From contig BFEA01000008.1 of assembly GCA_003427395.1 (NCBI GenBank), forward strand, positions 266,969-330,968: a stretch of DNA of 64,000 nucleotides. The letters are read 5' to 3'. A program made the position numbers and the translations under genes. The notes below the pieces were generated by a model. That model was given only the letters and a program-made list of their open reading frames with translations. It was not told the DNA's origin and searched no databases. Positions 36,014 through 47,161 of the stretch are shown here, piece by piece (the stretch's first letter is position 1; each line of letters begins with the position of its first letter). The DNA is from Chara braunii (lineage: Eukaryota; Plantae; Charophyceae).

Positions 36014-39000
36014 GCGCAGCGTGGCCGGGAGCGCTGTGCCCCGTTCAGTGCAGGAATTGCGGGAGCACGACGCAGCACGGCGTGGTGAGGCGAGCGCGGA
36101 GCGCAGCATGAACGGAACGGCGCGAAGCAGCATGATGGGCATAAAATGGCGATGGCGGGTGATGGCGTGCGTTGGAGATTTCGTGGAGGCAAGATAGGAG
36201 GGGGACGGGCGATGACAGGTCGTCGGTTGCAGTGGAGTGGAACCGGGATTTGTCGAGGAGGAGGTGGGCGAGCGGGGGCTCGATGGTGGGGGATTTCCTA
36301 TACTTGTTGTTTGTACTCCATCTCTCCTTTTTCTTGATTTAGTGGCCTCCGGATCATTGGGCAGGGACTAAACTCTCTGTGAGGTTGCGTCAACAGGCTT
36401 GACGTGATTACTCAAAACGCAATCGCATATGGGCAGTAGGTGATTGTGTCCTACCAAATCTCTTCTGGTTAGTGCAGCTTGCCAAGGGGCCATATTGGCA
36501 CGGGCTATGGGGAGGCGAACGTGTTTCTCCCGCACGAAGAGGCAGGGGCTGAGTTTGGACTCTACAGCGGCCTGACAGTTGGATCAAGGGACTGCGAGAG
36601 TGGAGCGCTACGTGATGGTGTTTCAACGCGACTTTACGCACCGACGGAATCTTTAGTGATTCTTGAGGCATGACATATTTTTGTTGAGCTTGTTTCTTCA
36701 AGTCTTGTTTTCTTTTTTGAAAGTTTTTCCTGATATGGGAGTTTCTTAATAAATTTCTTGGATGGCAATTCTGATTTCTTAGTTGATCCCAATCGATAGT
36801 TCGTAATTTTTCTTGTTGATTTCGCGATCTGGTTTTAGAATCGTTATGGTTCTCTCACACACAATTAATTGTCGATTTCTTTTTCTGCTTAGTATTTCCT
36901 GATTTACTGTCTGAGCGATTCCTTGAACGTTGGGGTTCTGGAAATCAGAGTCATAAGTCCTTTCAGGCATCAAAATCGATTCCCTATTTTGTTTCCCTGT
37001 TTGGATTTTCAAATCCTATCAAATTCGATCTTCAATCTTATCTTCATCTCGATTGATTTCCATAATTCGATGCTAAATTCATGATTCAAACTTCGTTTAC
37101 ATGACTCATAAAAAATCTTAAACTCGGTTTCCCAAATTTTGAAATTTGTATTCTGATTTTGAAGATGTAAATCCGAGATTCTTCTTTAAACTTGAATTTC
37201 GTACTTGACGTGGGATTTTTCAAACAATTTTTACTCAAGTAATTAGTCTTAGTTGTTGTTTTTAGCAAGGGTGTCTCAACTTGTGCTGTTGAGAGATCGG
37301 GGTCAGAGGTGTTGGAATGGATATCTCCTTTAGGGTTGGAGTCCCTCCCTGCGAGGGTTACACAAGATGGGTGGTGTGATCTTTGAGAGGGTAGGGGCAG
37401 TATTGAGGGTTTGTCCTTTTTTGGGCCACGCTGATTTTTGGGACGGATCAGCTACGGCGGTTGGGGAGAAAGGACAAGGGGTGTTGATGTCAGCAGGGTG
37501 AGAGTTGAGAGGGCTGTTCCGCTTGGAGGGGGTGGGGCAGGAAGGAAGGGGGATCTCCTGCTCTGTGGGGGCATACTTTAGGGGGTATTGTATGCGATTG
37601 AGGAAGCAGGAGGGTTATCTGGGGGCTGTTTTGAACTGGGGCGGGGAGGCGAAAGGGCGCCTTCCCGCGGAGGCAGTAAACAAACAGGGGGTTTTCTTTG
37701 GGGGAGAGGAGTAATCCCTTTGGCTCTTGTGACCCCTTTACATGTAACTGAGACCTCAATAGGCGTTGGAGTTTTCATGGGGAGAGAGGGTTGTTTTTTC
37801 CTCTCTTCCCCTCTCCCTGTGGGAATAATGGGCACTGGAATGTTCATGTGGTTTTTCGGGATTTTTGGTGTCTGATTTTCCTACTTTTTCTTAATTGAAA
37901 AATTCTTCCATGGTTTGGTGCTGGAGGCATGGGGATGTGGTGGTTGTGACGCCGGGAGATGACGCGCTCTGCGGTGAAGGGGCTAGCGTGCAGGGTTGTA
38001 ATAGGGTACAACAATGGTGGAGATGGTGGCTTCATCGTGGTAAGACTTGTCGGAGTAGGGTTCTTGAGGTTTGTTGGGGGGATATTTGCAACCAGTGCAT
38101 GAAGGAGACGAATAATCAGATCTACAGCTATGGTGCTGATTGGTGGCTTGATTGCTTTTTGCCTAGTCCTGAGTCCCGGTGGTTTGCGGAAAGACGAGGC
38201 CAGAACGACGCTGGTCGGTGTTGGGGCTTGGTCGTGCTGCCGTGTAACTTGAGCTCTACGAGGGCATGAGACCTGGTAGAGAGATGTGGGGAGTTGTCGA
38301 GGGTGGAAGGCACTCTAGTGTCTTTTGGTGAGTTGGTGCCTAGTCGATGCTGGCTGGAGCCGGGGTGGGTCGCTTTGCCCTGTGGCCTAGCAGGTGGGGG
38401 GGGTTCTGGGGTGTGTCGTGCCACTTTGTAACCTAGCAGTTGGGGGCATGAGGCCTGGTAGAGATTGGGCATCAGGATATAGGGGTGAGGTAGGTAAGGG
38501 TTGGGCTGCTGAAAGGCCCTAAGGCAGGTGTTTTTTTTGTTCCGAATGCTTCTTTGATCCAAGCTTTGGGGGGGACAAATTTTGTGTTCTTGTTTAAAAA
38601 ACAAAAAGCCGAAGCTAGGTAATGGCCTCGATATCTCAAGGATATTTTCAAAAAAGGTTTGTTTACAGGTGGTTTTGAGAATGCTTTAGGATTCTGGGAC
38701 TTCTAGCAACTCGCTTTAGGCTGTTTGATACTGGTACATTCATGGATCTGCGGTTGTTCGATGCCAGAACGACGGTGGCCAGTGTCGGGGTGTCGCCCTA
38801 TAACCTGCTGTTTGCAGGAGCGTGAGGCCTGGTAGAGAGATTTGGGGTTGCTTTGGGGTGGGCATTCCAAGGGACAACCAAGGGTTGCTGTTGGGACGAC
38901 GCTGGCCGGAGCTGGGGCGAGTCGTGTCGCTCTGTAACCTAGTCGGGTGGGAGTGTTGAGGCTTGGGAGAGCTCGACAGGGAATAAGATAGTGTTGGATG

Positions 39001-39116
39001 GCCTTAGAGAGTTTTGTTTGGGAGTGTAGGGGTTCTGAGCATTCGAAAAGAGGTCAGTAGTCATTCATAGTTTTTCAACCTCTCTTTAATTCTCTTTAAA
39101 AAAAAAAAAAAAAAAA
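36014..39116 (+). mobile_element. Alu-like-motif array retroposon, copy C (full-length, 3.1 kb)
   Basis: Perfect 17-bp TSD GATATCTCCACGGGCAG (35997-36013 / 39117-39133), poly(A) at 39098-39116, 5' hairpin, five motifs, and no RT ORF. Confidence 0.88.
38213..38963 (+). ncRNA. Array of 5 SRP-Alu-domain-like motifs
   Basis: Units at 38213, ~38352, ~38400, 38777 and 38904. Confidence 0.6.
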
Positions 39117-39647
39117 GATATCTCCACGGGCAGACGTTGATGAGAATAATGGCTCCTCCGTTGGGACCAAGCGCCAATTAGGTGGTGAGTGCTAAGAAAT
39201 GGAATCCTTCTCCTGTAGTGACTATGCGAGTTTGATCAGGCACAAAGTGCAGGCCCATGGGTTGGAGCCATTGTGATAGGAACCCTTTAGCGTCCTTAAC
39301 AACTCTTCGAGCCTTGTGAAGAACAACGAGCCCCTTTTTGAGCTTAAGGTTTGAGGGAGGACAACTCCTTCAGTTTCGAGATCTTATCAGGGATAAAGGA
39401 TAGGACGGTCTATTAGGTTTGATATTGTGTCGAGGTCAGGTAGAAGGCTGCCAGGTGTCCCTGGCATAAGAGCGCAAAGGGACTCTCTAACCCATTGAAG
39501 GGCTAGGCTAGCCAAGACACTTTCCAGCATAGCTCTCACACAACTATGGTGCCGGGCAGAATAGCGCCTCGTGGTAAAGAATTTCGATGAGACCCTGAGG
39601 CAAGCGTTATTCAGTTTATTGTTCTGCAAAACATAGTGTTTTTCAGT

Positions 39648-39681
<34 letters not shown>

Positions 39682-40413
39682 TGGCTGGGACCCTTGCACG
39701 GCCGGCCTGGTCAGCCTAGCTGGTAGCCTAGCTACTTTCTCTATTTTTCATATAATTTGTGGTGCTTTTTTAGCTACTGCTGTTTTATTTAGTATTCTTG
39801 TTTTCAAAATTTGTGAACTTAGTCTGACTTTTTATCACTTTTATTTGTTTTGTTTTTTACTTCATTTCTAGGAAGATTCTCACGCCCGGCCGGGCACCCG
39901 GGCCTGTTAATTTTTTTATTTTTTGGTTTTCTGCACTCTTCGGGAGGACCCCAAATCGGGGGGCGCGGGGGTGGTATAAATTTGTTTTAAAGGGGCTAAA
40001 GGGGTTTAAAGGGGGGTGCCTTAGTGTGATTCTATTAGTTTCCTTTTATCTCCAATTCGGGGAGGAATTCTAATGTGACCCTCAACCAAAAGTCGTTTGT
40101 ATTGCAATTCTGCACAACATGTTTTGGGGGGGGTCATTTTTTTTTTTTTTGATTTGATTTGATTTGATTTTGGGGTGGGGCTGCTCGGAGGTCATGCTCG
40201 ACCGGGCACCTGGGCATGTACTCGGGCATAAGTTGGGTGCTGGGGTGCTCGGAAAAACAGCCTGTCTCCCAGGTATTCACCAACGACAATCAATACTACA
40301 ACACTTGTAGGCACTAAACCACCAGTACTTGGCCCAGCTATCGATGTTGAGCCTTGGAGCACCCTGCACGCCAAGTTTTGACGAACTGCCAGCGCGACTT
40401 TTTTATTCACTTC

Positions 40414-40733
40414 AAACCACCAGTACCTACCGCCAAGTTAAATCTGTAAACAAAACGACATTGTCATTTTATTCTCAACTTAACGATTGCTAGTGCGACC
40501 TGGTCATTTCTTTCAGACCAGGATCATGATTCGGTGCTATAGCTTTGCTAGAGAATCATGAATGTGATTAACTTATTAGCCAGGTTTGTAGCTTTTATGC
40601 ACCAGTGCATGCCAGCTATCAGCCACAGGCCCCGGCCGCCGATTCATTTTATCTACGGTGCCCGGCCTCCTTAATTTTCGGAGAGGCTTAAAACAGGTTC
40701 TCCAATTGCCTGGGGCCATGTACTGGTGGTTTT
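40414..40733. mobile_element. Nested MITE of the AAACCACCAGTAC family
   Basis: AAACCACCAGTAC ... GTACTGGTGGTTT. Confidence 0.6.
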
Positions 40734-41299
40734 ACAATCATAGGCTAGGCGGGGCCCCTAAATAAATGCCCTGCCTTTGCTGCCAAGTTCCTGAAGGGCT
40801 TAACGAAAGCCCCTAGCTTCAGCTTCTACTGGTCATCTGTTTGACCCCAGATGTGTTACGTTGCTGTCAAAGCACCACTACATGGCTATACATGGGACAT
40901 GGGCCCCTTACTACGACTTTCGGAGGCCGGAATAGCAACAAAGGACATTGATGAAACATGTCAACGGAGGCCTGACTCCAAAAGTTGCGGTGGTTGGGAC
41001 AAGTTCGTTTTTTGCAAGGCTGGGGCTGTGTACTAGTTTTAAGCATTTTGAAGCTGGTAGTTTTTTGGCAAGGTTCATAGCTTAGCGCAAAGATAGGTTT
41101 GCCCCTACATAAAGGCCTGGAGAATTTGCTATGATGTGGTGGGCCTGAAGAGGGCCTGGCTTAACTGCAAGGGCACAGGGTTTCTGCTTGTCGAGTGAGG
41201 ACAAAAGACCACGGTGAGAGACAAGGAGGCTTGGTGGCAAAGGATAGTCAAAAGAAAGGAGGCTGGAAATATGAGCATGCCAGAAATGGAAGAGGTATT

Positions 41300-42700
41300 G
41301 TGGCCCGTGGGGTGATGAAAGTCCATGATATAGGAGAACAGGGACCAAAACATGTTGATATGGAGAAAAGACATGAGGAGATGCCATTGCAGCAGGGAGG
41401 GGGGCTATTCCCCCACTCCCTCAAGCATCCAGTTCAATATATATTAGAGGTGGCAGGGTGGGCCATCTTCTATTGCATATTTCACGTGGGACCACCTATC
41501 TTGAGCATTGATAGGCACATACATGGTGGGTGGATAGCGGATTGAAACCTTCGGCTTGATTGGTGGTATCGGGCCTTGCATCAAAGCTTCTCCAAATTGT
41601 TGGTGATGGCTCCCTCTAACCTTTAAAGAGTGTTTGGGTGTTCTTCTACTGCACGAATGCTTCCAAATCATGCACTATGCTGCTGTTGCTGCTTGGTGTA
41701 GTATTGTTGTTATGGCCTAAATGCTTCTTTGGGGCATGTATATCTCTTGAGCAGGGGGAGCAACCACTGTCATTACAATATTGATAAGCATAGACAGTGT
41801 TCGGATATTTGGCTTGATTGTTGGCTGTGGTTTCCAATTTGGTCCTAGAGTTGAGAGCAAGGTCACACATAAATGAACCTCATCTGCGCAAGGGCTTCGT
41901 AACGACGGTGGGCGGGACTACAACATGGAGAGGCGAATAAATAGATACCACATGAAAGGTGTGAGATGAGCGGTATTGATGGGGGTCCGAATGGCCGACT
42001 CGAAAGTTTCTAAACAGGTGCTGCCCACTGGAAGGGTGGAGATCCTGCAAGAGCATGTGAGGGCCAAAGTGCAGTTTTTGCAAGCAAGGACACACACTGT
42101 AGTTGTAGATTTATGGGAGCTTCGGGCGAACTGGCCTGAGGAGTTAAACAACATGCCATTAAGGAGTGGGAAACACATTGGCTGGATTGTGGCCATGGGG
42201 CTATCAAGGGGAATGTACAGGGGGTGGGGAAAGCTACGGCAACATATTGGGCGCAAATGGTGGGGATGTGTACTTGGTTGGTATAATAGAAAAAGATGTA
42301 GTTGCTGCTAATGGGTGACGAGAAAACTGTGGTGGTGTTCACGAGATGGCTGGCTCCTGTAGAATATGAACTGCAAAGGGAGATGGATAGGAAATCCCGA
42401 ACGGGGTCAAAAATTTTCAACCACGGATTCTGGTATTAGTAAATGTGGATGACCTCATTATGCAAGTGTACTGTCCTATCCTCAAAAGAATGGAACTTCG
42501 AGACATAGATTGGGAGAGGGGGCATAGTCTTGGATATCTTGCCTCCAAAACATTCTACATCTAGAGCTAGCATATTGGGAGTTCAAGAGATCCGTTGTGT
42601 GTGCAGCAAGATGCCTTGGTGTGATCAATGTTGAAGGGATGGTCATTACGCCAAGGGAGGAAGGTGCATGACAAGGGTAGAGATGTTGGAGGAGCTTTCT
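41300..42700 (+). pseudogene. Decayed piggyBac-like DDD transposase
   Basis: Frameshifted motifs in the expected order: ILSID, HTVVVD, MGDEKTVVVFT, NVDDLIMQVY, VLDI, WCDQC. Weak, by-eye match. Confidence 0.4.
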
Positions 42701-43399
42701 ATAAGAGAGAGGCAATTTGCGATCGAGAAATGACACGTTGGGAAGGGGCACTTTTGAATTGGACAATCATAATGACATTTGGCGATAGATCACATCTAAA
42801 AGAGCCCGCATATAGGGCCATGCTGCCTCCTTGGAGACGGGCCGAAAAGATGACCCAGGCTCCTCATGGGGACAACACCGACCACAAGACCATCATGTGT
42901 CTTTTGATCTGGAACACTCCGACGTGGAGCCGCATCCACAATGCATAGATCAGAAAATATGCTAGCCCCAGGCAAGGAACCTCGACAACTAGATATGGTG
43001 GGAGGAACATAATTGCAACCAAGTTGCTTGGAAATGGACTAGCCTCTACAACCTTCGAGACATGGGAAGGATACCACGACCATGGCGCACAGAGCAGGGT
43101 TGCGGGAGGGTTAACTAGGAATCGGCGAGCCACAGCTATAGCAATCTCCGAGACGTGGGGGGGTGGCCACTATTGTGGGCCCGAAGTCAGAGCAGGAGAC
43201 TAGCAAGAGCAACCCATATCAATCAACGAGCATGAACATGCAAAGGAACCTGTTGGTTGTGATGACAACAAATATGGGATAGGAGGACAATTGACATGTT
43301 GCAATAGGGTTTACTACCAACGGCATTACCGCTAACTCGGGAGGGGGACCAAGAGGGTTGCAATGTGTGATGCACGAGCTTACGTGCATGAGCTGGTTC

Positions 43400-46051
43400 T
43401 TTAGCCCCTCTTTTTTTGGGATGCTTCTTCGATGATCGAGCTTCTTTTTTCGGGGTATGCATTTGCTGCTCCAAATCCAGTTCAGCTCCTCTACCCGGTC
43501 CAGATCACATTCCCACTAAGTGATCACGTCGGGGTTCAGGCTGTTTCGATCGACTTGGGGTTGTGTTCTTGAACTTCCAGGCCCGTCGCAATTCACAAGG
43601 CTTGTCCTTGACAGGTTCTAGAGGACGTGATATGTCGGTTAATCATGTCCTCTCATTTTTGCAATTTTTGGAATTGCCCGTGTAATTCGTTCAGTTTTCA
43701 TTTGGGATTTACGCACGCCTTAGCGAGCATGCTCAAAATTCCCTTTCCATTGTACTTTTCAAATTCTGGAGATCAAGGGCACTTGTCTGGATGCTTCGTG
43801 ACAAGTCCTTTTCTTGTGCATGTACTTTTCGAAGATGTCCTTATGAGCCCTGCAAAATTTTGTCGACGCATCTTAGAATAGGAATTGACGTAGGAATTGG
43901 CGTAGGAATTGGCATGCCTTAACACTTGCGTGCGGGATTTTTTTTTAACTCTTTCAAGTCGGCTTTAGGAATTAGGCGTATCTGCACTAGCATTTTGTGT
44001 AATTGTTTTGGTGCCTTTTTCGATCTGCGCGAATGCATCTTTTTGTGTTGCACTCTTGCATGCAATCATTCCTCGAGCTCCTAGTTCCTTTTCTGCGCGC
44101 CATCCTTGGCAAGCTGTTTGTATTCTTGTCGCTCTCTTTGCGCCCTTTCCTTCTTCTTGATCCAGTTGAATCTGGTCTTGCTTTGTAATGCTTCCCGTAA
44201 CCTCCTTTACCCCTTTTGTCTACACGAGTGAGGGCCCTATTGATCCCTCAGTCAACGTAGTAGTCAGATGAGAGCGTCCAAGGAGGCCTTGAACTCCTCA
44301 CTCTGCATTTTGGTTGGCTACGAAACACTTTGATCGGATCAACACGTCTTTCTCGCGTGTTTCCCCTTACCTCCTCTCTCCCCTTTTCTATCGCTCGTCA
44401 TTACACCTTTTTTGCTTCCTTCTCAGCCATAAATTTCATAAGTGCGTCGCTTTTGCTCTCTCACAATGCATCTGCCAACATTGTTGAAGTAGTGGCTAGA
44501 GGAGGTGGTGACCAGTGAGTCGTTAAGGCATGACAAGTCGTTTGCAACTTTGCAGGATTGTGTGTTGGATCGTTGCGACCAATTGTAGGAGCCGGGGGAA
44601 TCCGCGTAGTAGTTGGGTGGATGGGTTGACGACCATTGGGGTTTAGCGTTTAGTATGTGGCGATCGGTATCGTTAGTGCTCGAGCGAAGTGAGGTGTGTT
44701 GAAGGTTGGTTGGCCTGGGGCCATAGCTCGAGTGTGGAATGATCTGCTTCTTCTTTTTTCTCTTCTTGTTTTATGTTTTGAGTAATGTGGCATGGTGAGG
44801 CACCAATTTCCTTTTGTAATCGAATGAGCGTACATTCTTTCTTTCGGTTTGGATGTATGCAGGTGTGAATGGTGGTTGTGTATGACTCACGACGAATGTA
44901 TATGCGTGATCTTGTGGAAGTGTATTCTTGTCCCCTATTTCGCCCCGCCTTCTCGCGTGAAGGATCACATTGGGCGAGGAGCTGTAAAGCATGAATGCTG
45001 ATGAAGCTGTTCGGTTGGATGAATGCCTTTGTTCTTCGTCATCCGGTGATGATGTGGCTTCTTTCTATTGTTGTTCTTTCTTGAATGGATGTTTAGGCGT
45101 ATGAATTGTGATTGGATGAATGGATTTTCGTTTCTTTTCGATCTTTGTCAAGTCAAGATATTTTCTGGTGAACTTCCTCCTCGGTCTTCATCAGCGAGGC
45201 TGTTTACTCTTCCACTTGTAGGAGTGATCGTAACGAACAGATTAGTTGCGCCCCTACGGATTAAGGACATGAAGTGCTCCAGCCCCTTGCCCTGCCCCTG
45301 CACGAACCGGCACCGCCAATTTCCGCGCACCGCGGTTTTCCCAGGGCCTCCACAAACCGCCGCCACCACCTTCTTCCCTTTCCCAGGGCCTCCGACTCCG
45401 ACTGTAAATGTCTTACAGTTAGCGTTTCACCGTCGCCACCTTCTTATGCATCATGCGACGCCAGGCGATGACCTCAATAACCATCCTCATATTTTTACCT
45501 GTATTTTACACAGACCCGGGCATGATATGGCACTCATTCGTGCATCTGCCCAGTGGGAACTGTGGGATGGTGGGACGATGAGTCAGGTCATTTTCGACGT
45601 GAATGAATTTTTGCGAGCGTTGTCNNNNNNNNNNNNNNNNNNNNNNNNNNNNNNNNNNNNNNNNNNNNNNNNNNNNNNNNNNNNNNNNNNNNNNNNNNNN
45701 NNNNNNNNNNNNNNNNNNNNNNNNNNNNNNNNNNNNNNNNNNNNNNNNNNNNNNNNNNNNNNNNNNNNNNNNNNNNNNNNNNNNNNNNNNNNNNNNNNNN
45801 NNNNNNNNNNNNNNNNNNNNNNNNNNNNNNNNNNNNNNNNNNNNNNNNNNNNNNNNNNNNNNNNNNNNNNNNNNNNNNNNNNNNNNNNNNNNNNNNNNNN
45901 NNNNNNNNNNNNNNNNNNNNNNNNNNNNNNNNNNNNNNNNNNNNNNNNNNNNNNNNNNNNNNNNNNNNNNNNNNNNNNNNNNNNNNNNNNNNNNNNNNNN
46001 NNNNNNNNNNNNNNNNNNNNNNNNNNNNNNNNNNNNNNNNNNNNNNNNNNN

Positions 46052-46095
<44 letters not shown>

Positions 46096-47161
46096 CGAAC
46101 GATTCATTCCGATTTTGCTAAAAACGTGGCAGTGTATATTTCCACGTCTCAGGGGAAGATTCATTCCGTTTCTAGGTATCTTTTTGCCCTCCTTCCTTTT
46201 TCTCAGAATGAATGAATGCTCTATCGTATGATTAGAAGTATGACTTGTCAACAAGAGTGAGCGAAGGGTTTTGGAATGGGCACTCCCTTAAAGATGCTCA
46301 GCTTGTAAAGATCTTTGCTCTTCTTGTCCCTTTGAGAGGAGGTTGCCTTTCGGGATATTAACTGGCGGGATGCCTAAATGAGTTTTCTTTGTTTCGCATT
46401 ATTGATTGATTCTTTCTTTTACGAGGAAATGTTTAGTTTAGATTGTTGATGAATGATTGGATGAATTGATTATCTATTTTGTCGTCCCTAGAAGATCGGT
46501 TTGTCTTTTTGAAAGGCTAGTGATTGTCTCCTCAAATAACTTCTTTCTGAACTCGTTCGTTAGTTTCCTGGGTAATCCTCCCTCCTCAAAAGAACAACCA
46601 GCATGAAAGTTACGTCGTATTGCCTGATTTCCTTTCTGCAGACGATTCTAAGATAGTGGGGAGTGACATCTTTGTTTTGTGAACGGTGATGCGTGTATCG
46701 ACTACCATGTGGATTGTGTCCCTCCGACTGTGGTTTAACTATAGGACACGTGAGAAGAAGGAATACAAGGGGATACGTGAGGAGAAGGAATTCAAGGAGA
46801 AAGCAGTGAGATTGCGTCCCTGCAACTCGGATTCTGAACTCTGTGAGGAATGTCGTCGAGTTTTTGTGCAAAATCGAGTTCGTGGTCCGTTTCGGCTAGG
46901 AAAGAGACGATGCATTGCTTGCGATGAAGTTCGGAGATATTTTTTGAATTAGGTAGTCGTTGGTTCATGTTCTTTTCAACCTTTCCCGCTTTGCTCATTG
47001 CTCAATATTTGGGAACGCACGAGAGATTCCACTTCGGTCCGAGAACTCCTTACTCAAATTTTAATCCTTGGCACACCCTCATTGTCGCTTTCTAGGCCCT
47101 TTTCCCCATTTTTAGTCACCCCAACAGGAAAGCACTGTATGGTGTGAGGTAGAGCGTCACA
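43400..47161 (+). mobile_element. LTR retroelement remnant: internal sequence plus LTR related to 5181-7922
   Basis: Ends in GCGTCACA at 47161. 47050-47161 aligns with 7808-7922, and TTAGTTTCCTGGGTAATCCTCC is shared (6641 / 46560). The left boundary is approximate and there is an internal gap. Confidence 0.6.
46686..46952 (+). CDS. Homologue of the LTR-internal ORF (C-terminal part)
   Basis: RLRP..SDSEL and R.YFL(N/D)* are shared with 7143-7691. Confidence 0.4.
   Translation: MMRVSTTMWIVSLRLWFNYRTREKKEYKGIREEKEFKEKAVRLRPCNSDSELCEECRRVFVQNRVRGPFRLGKRRCIACDEVRRYFLN

Larger units (their letters stand above)
34990..39630 (-). pseudogene. Decayed, probably intron-containing MULE-type transposase interrupted by retroposon copy C
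   Basis: Fragments CPWRYRV...GHTRSPGS (zinc-ribbon-like), IWKADSTRK and RVVFADS (candidate catalytic D's), with many stops. The family call is inference. Confidence 0.35.

Noticed and set aside
36013-36040. HDV-like ribozyme at the 5' end
   Set aside because: The stem closes after ~10 nt, too short to hold P2/P3/P1.1.
41444-41870. Minus-strand RNase H (TANNQAKY) or MULE (TTNQAEGF) motifs
   Set aside because: Isolated matches; the plus strand gives a longer ordered series of piggyBac-like motifs.
45068-46254. Long ORFs of 170-390 aa (also 56787-57720)
   Set aside because: They are open only because they run through N gaps.
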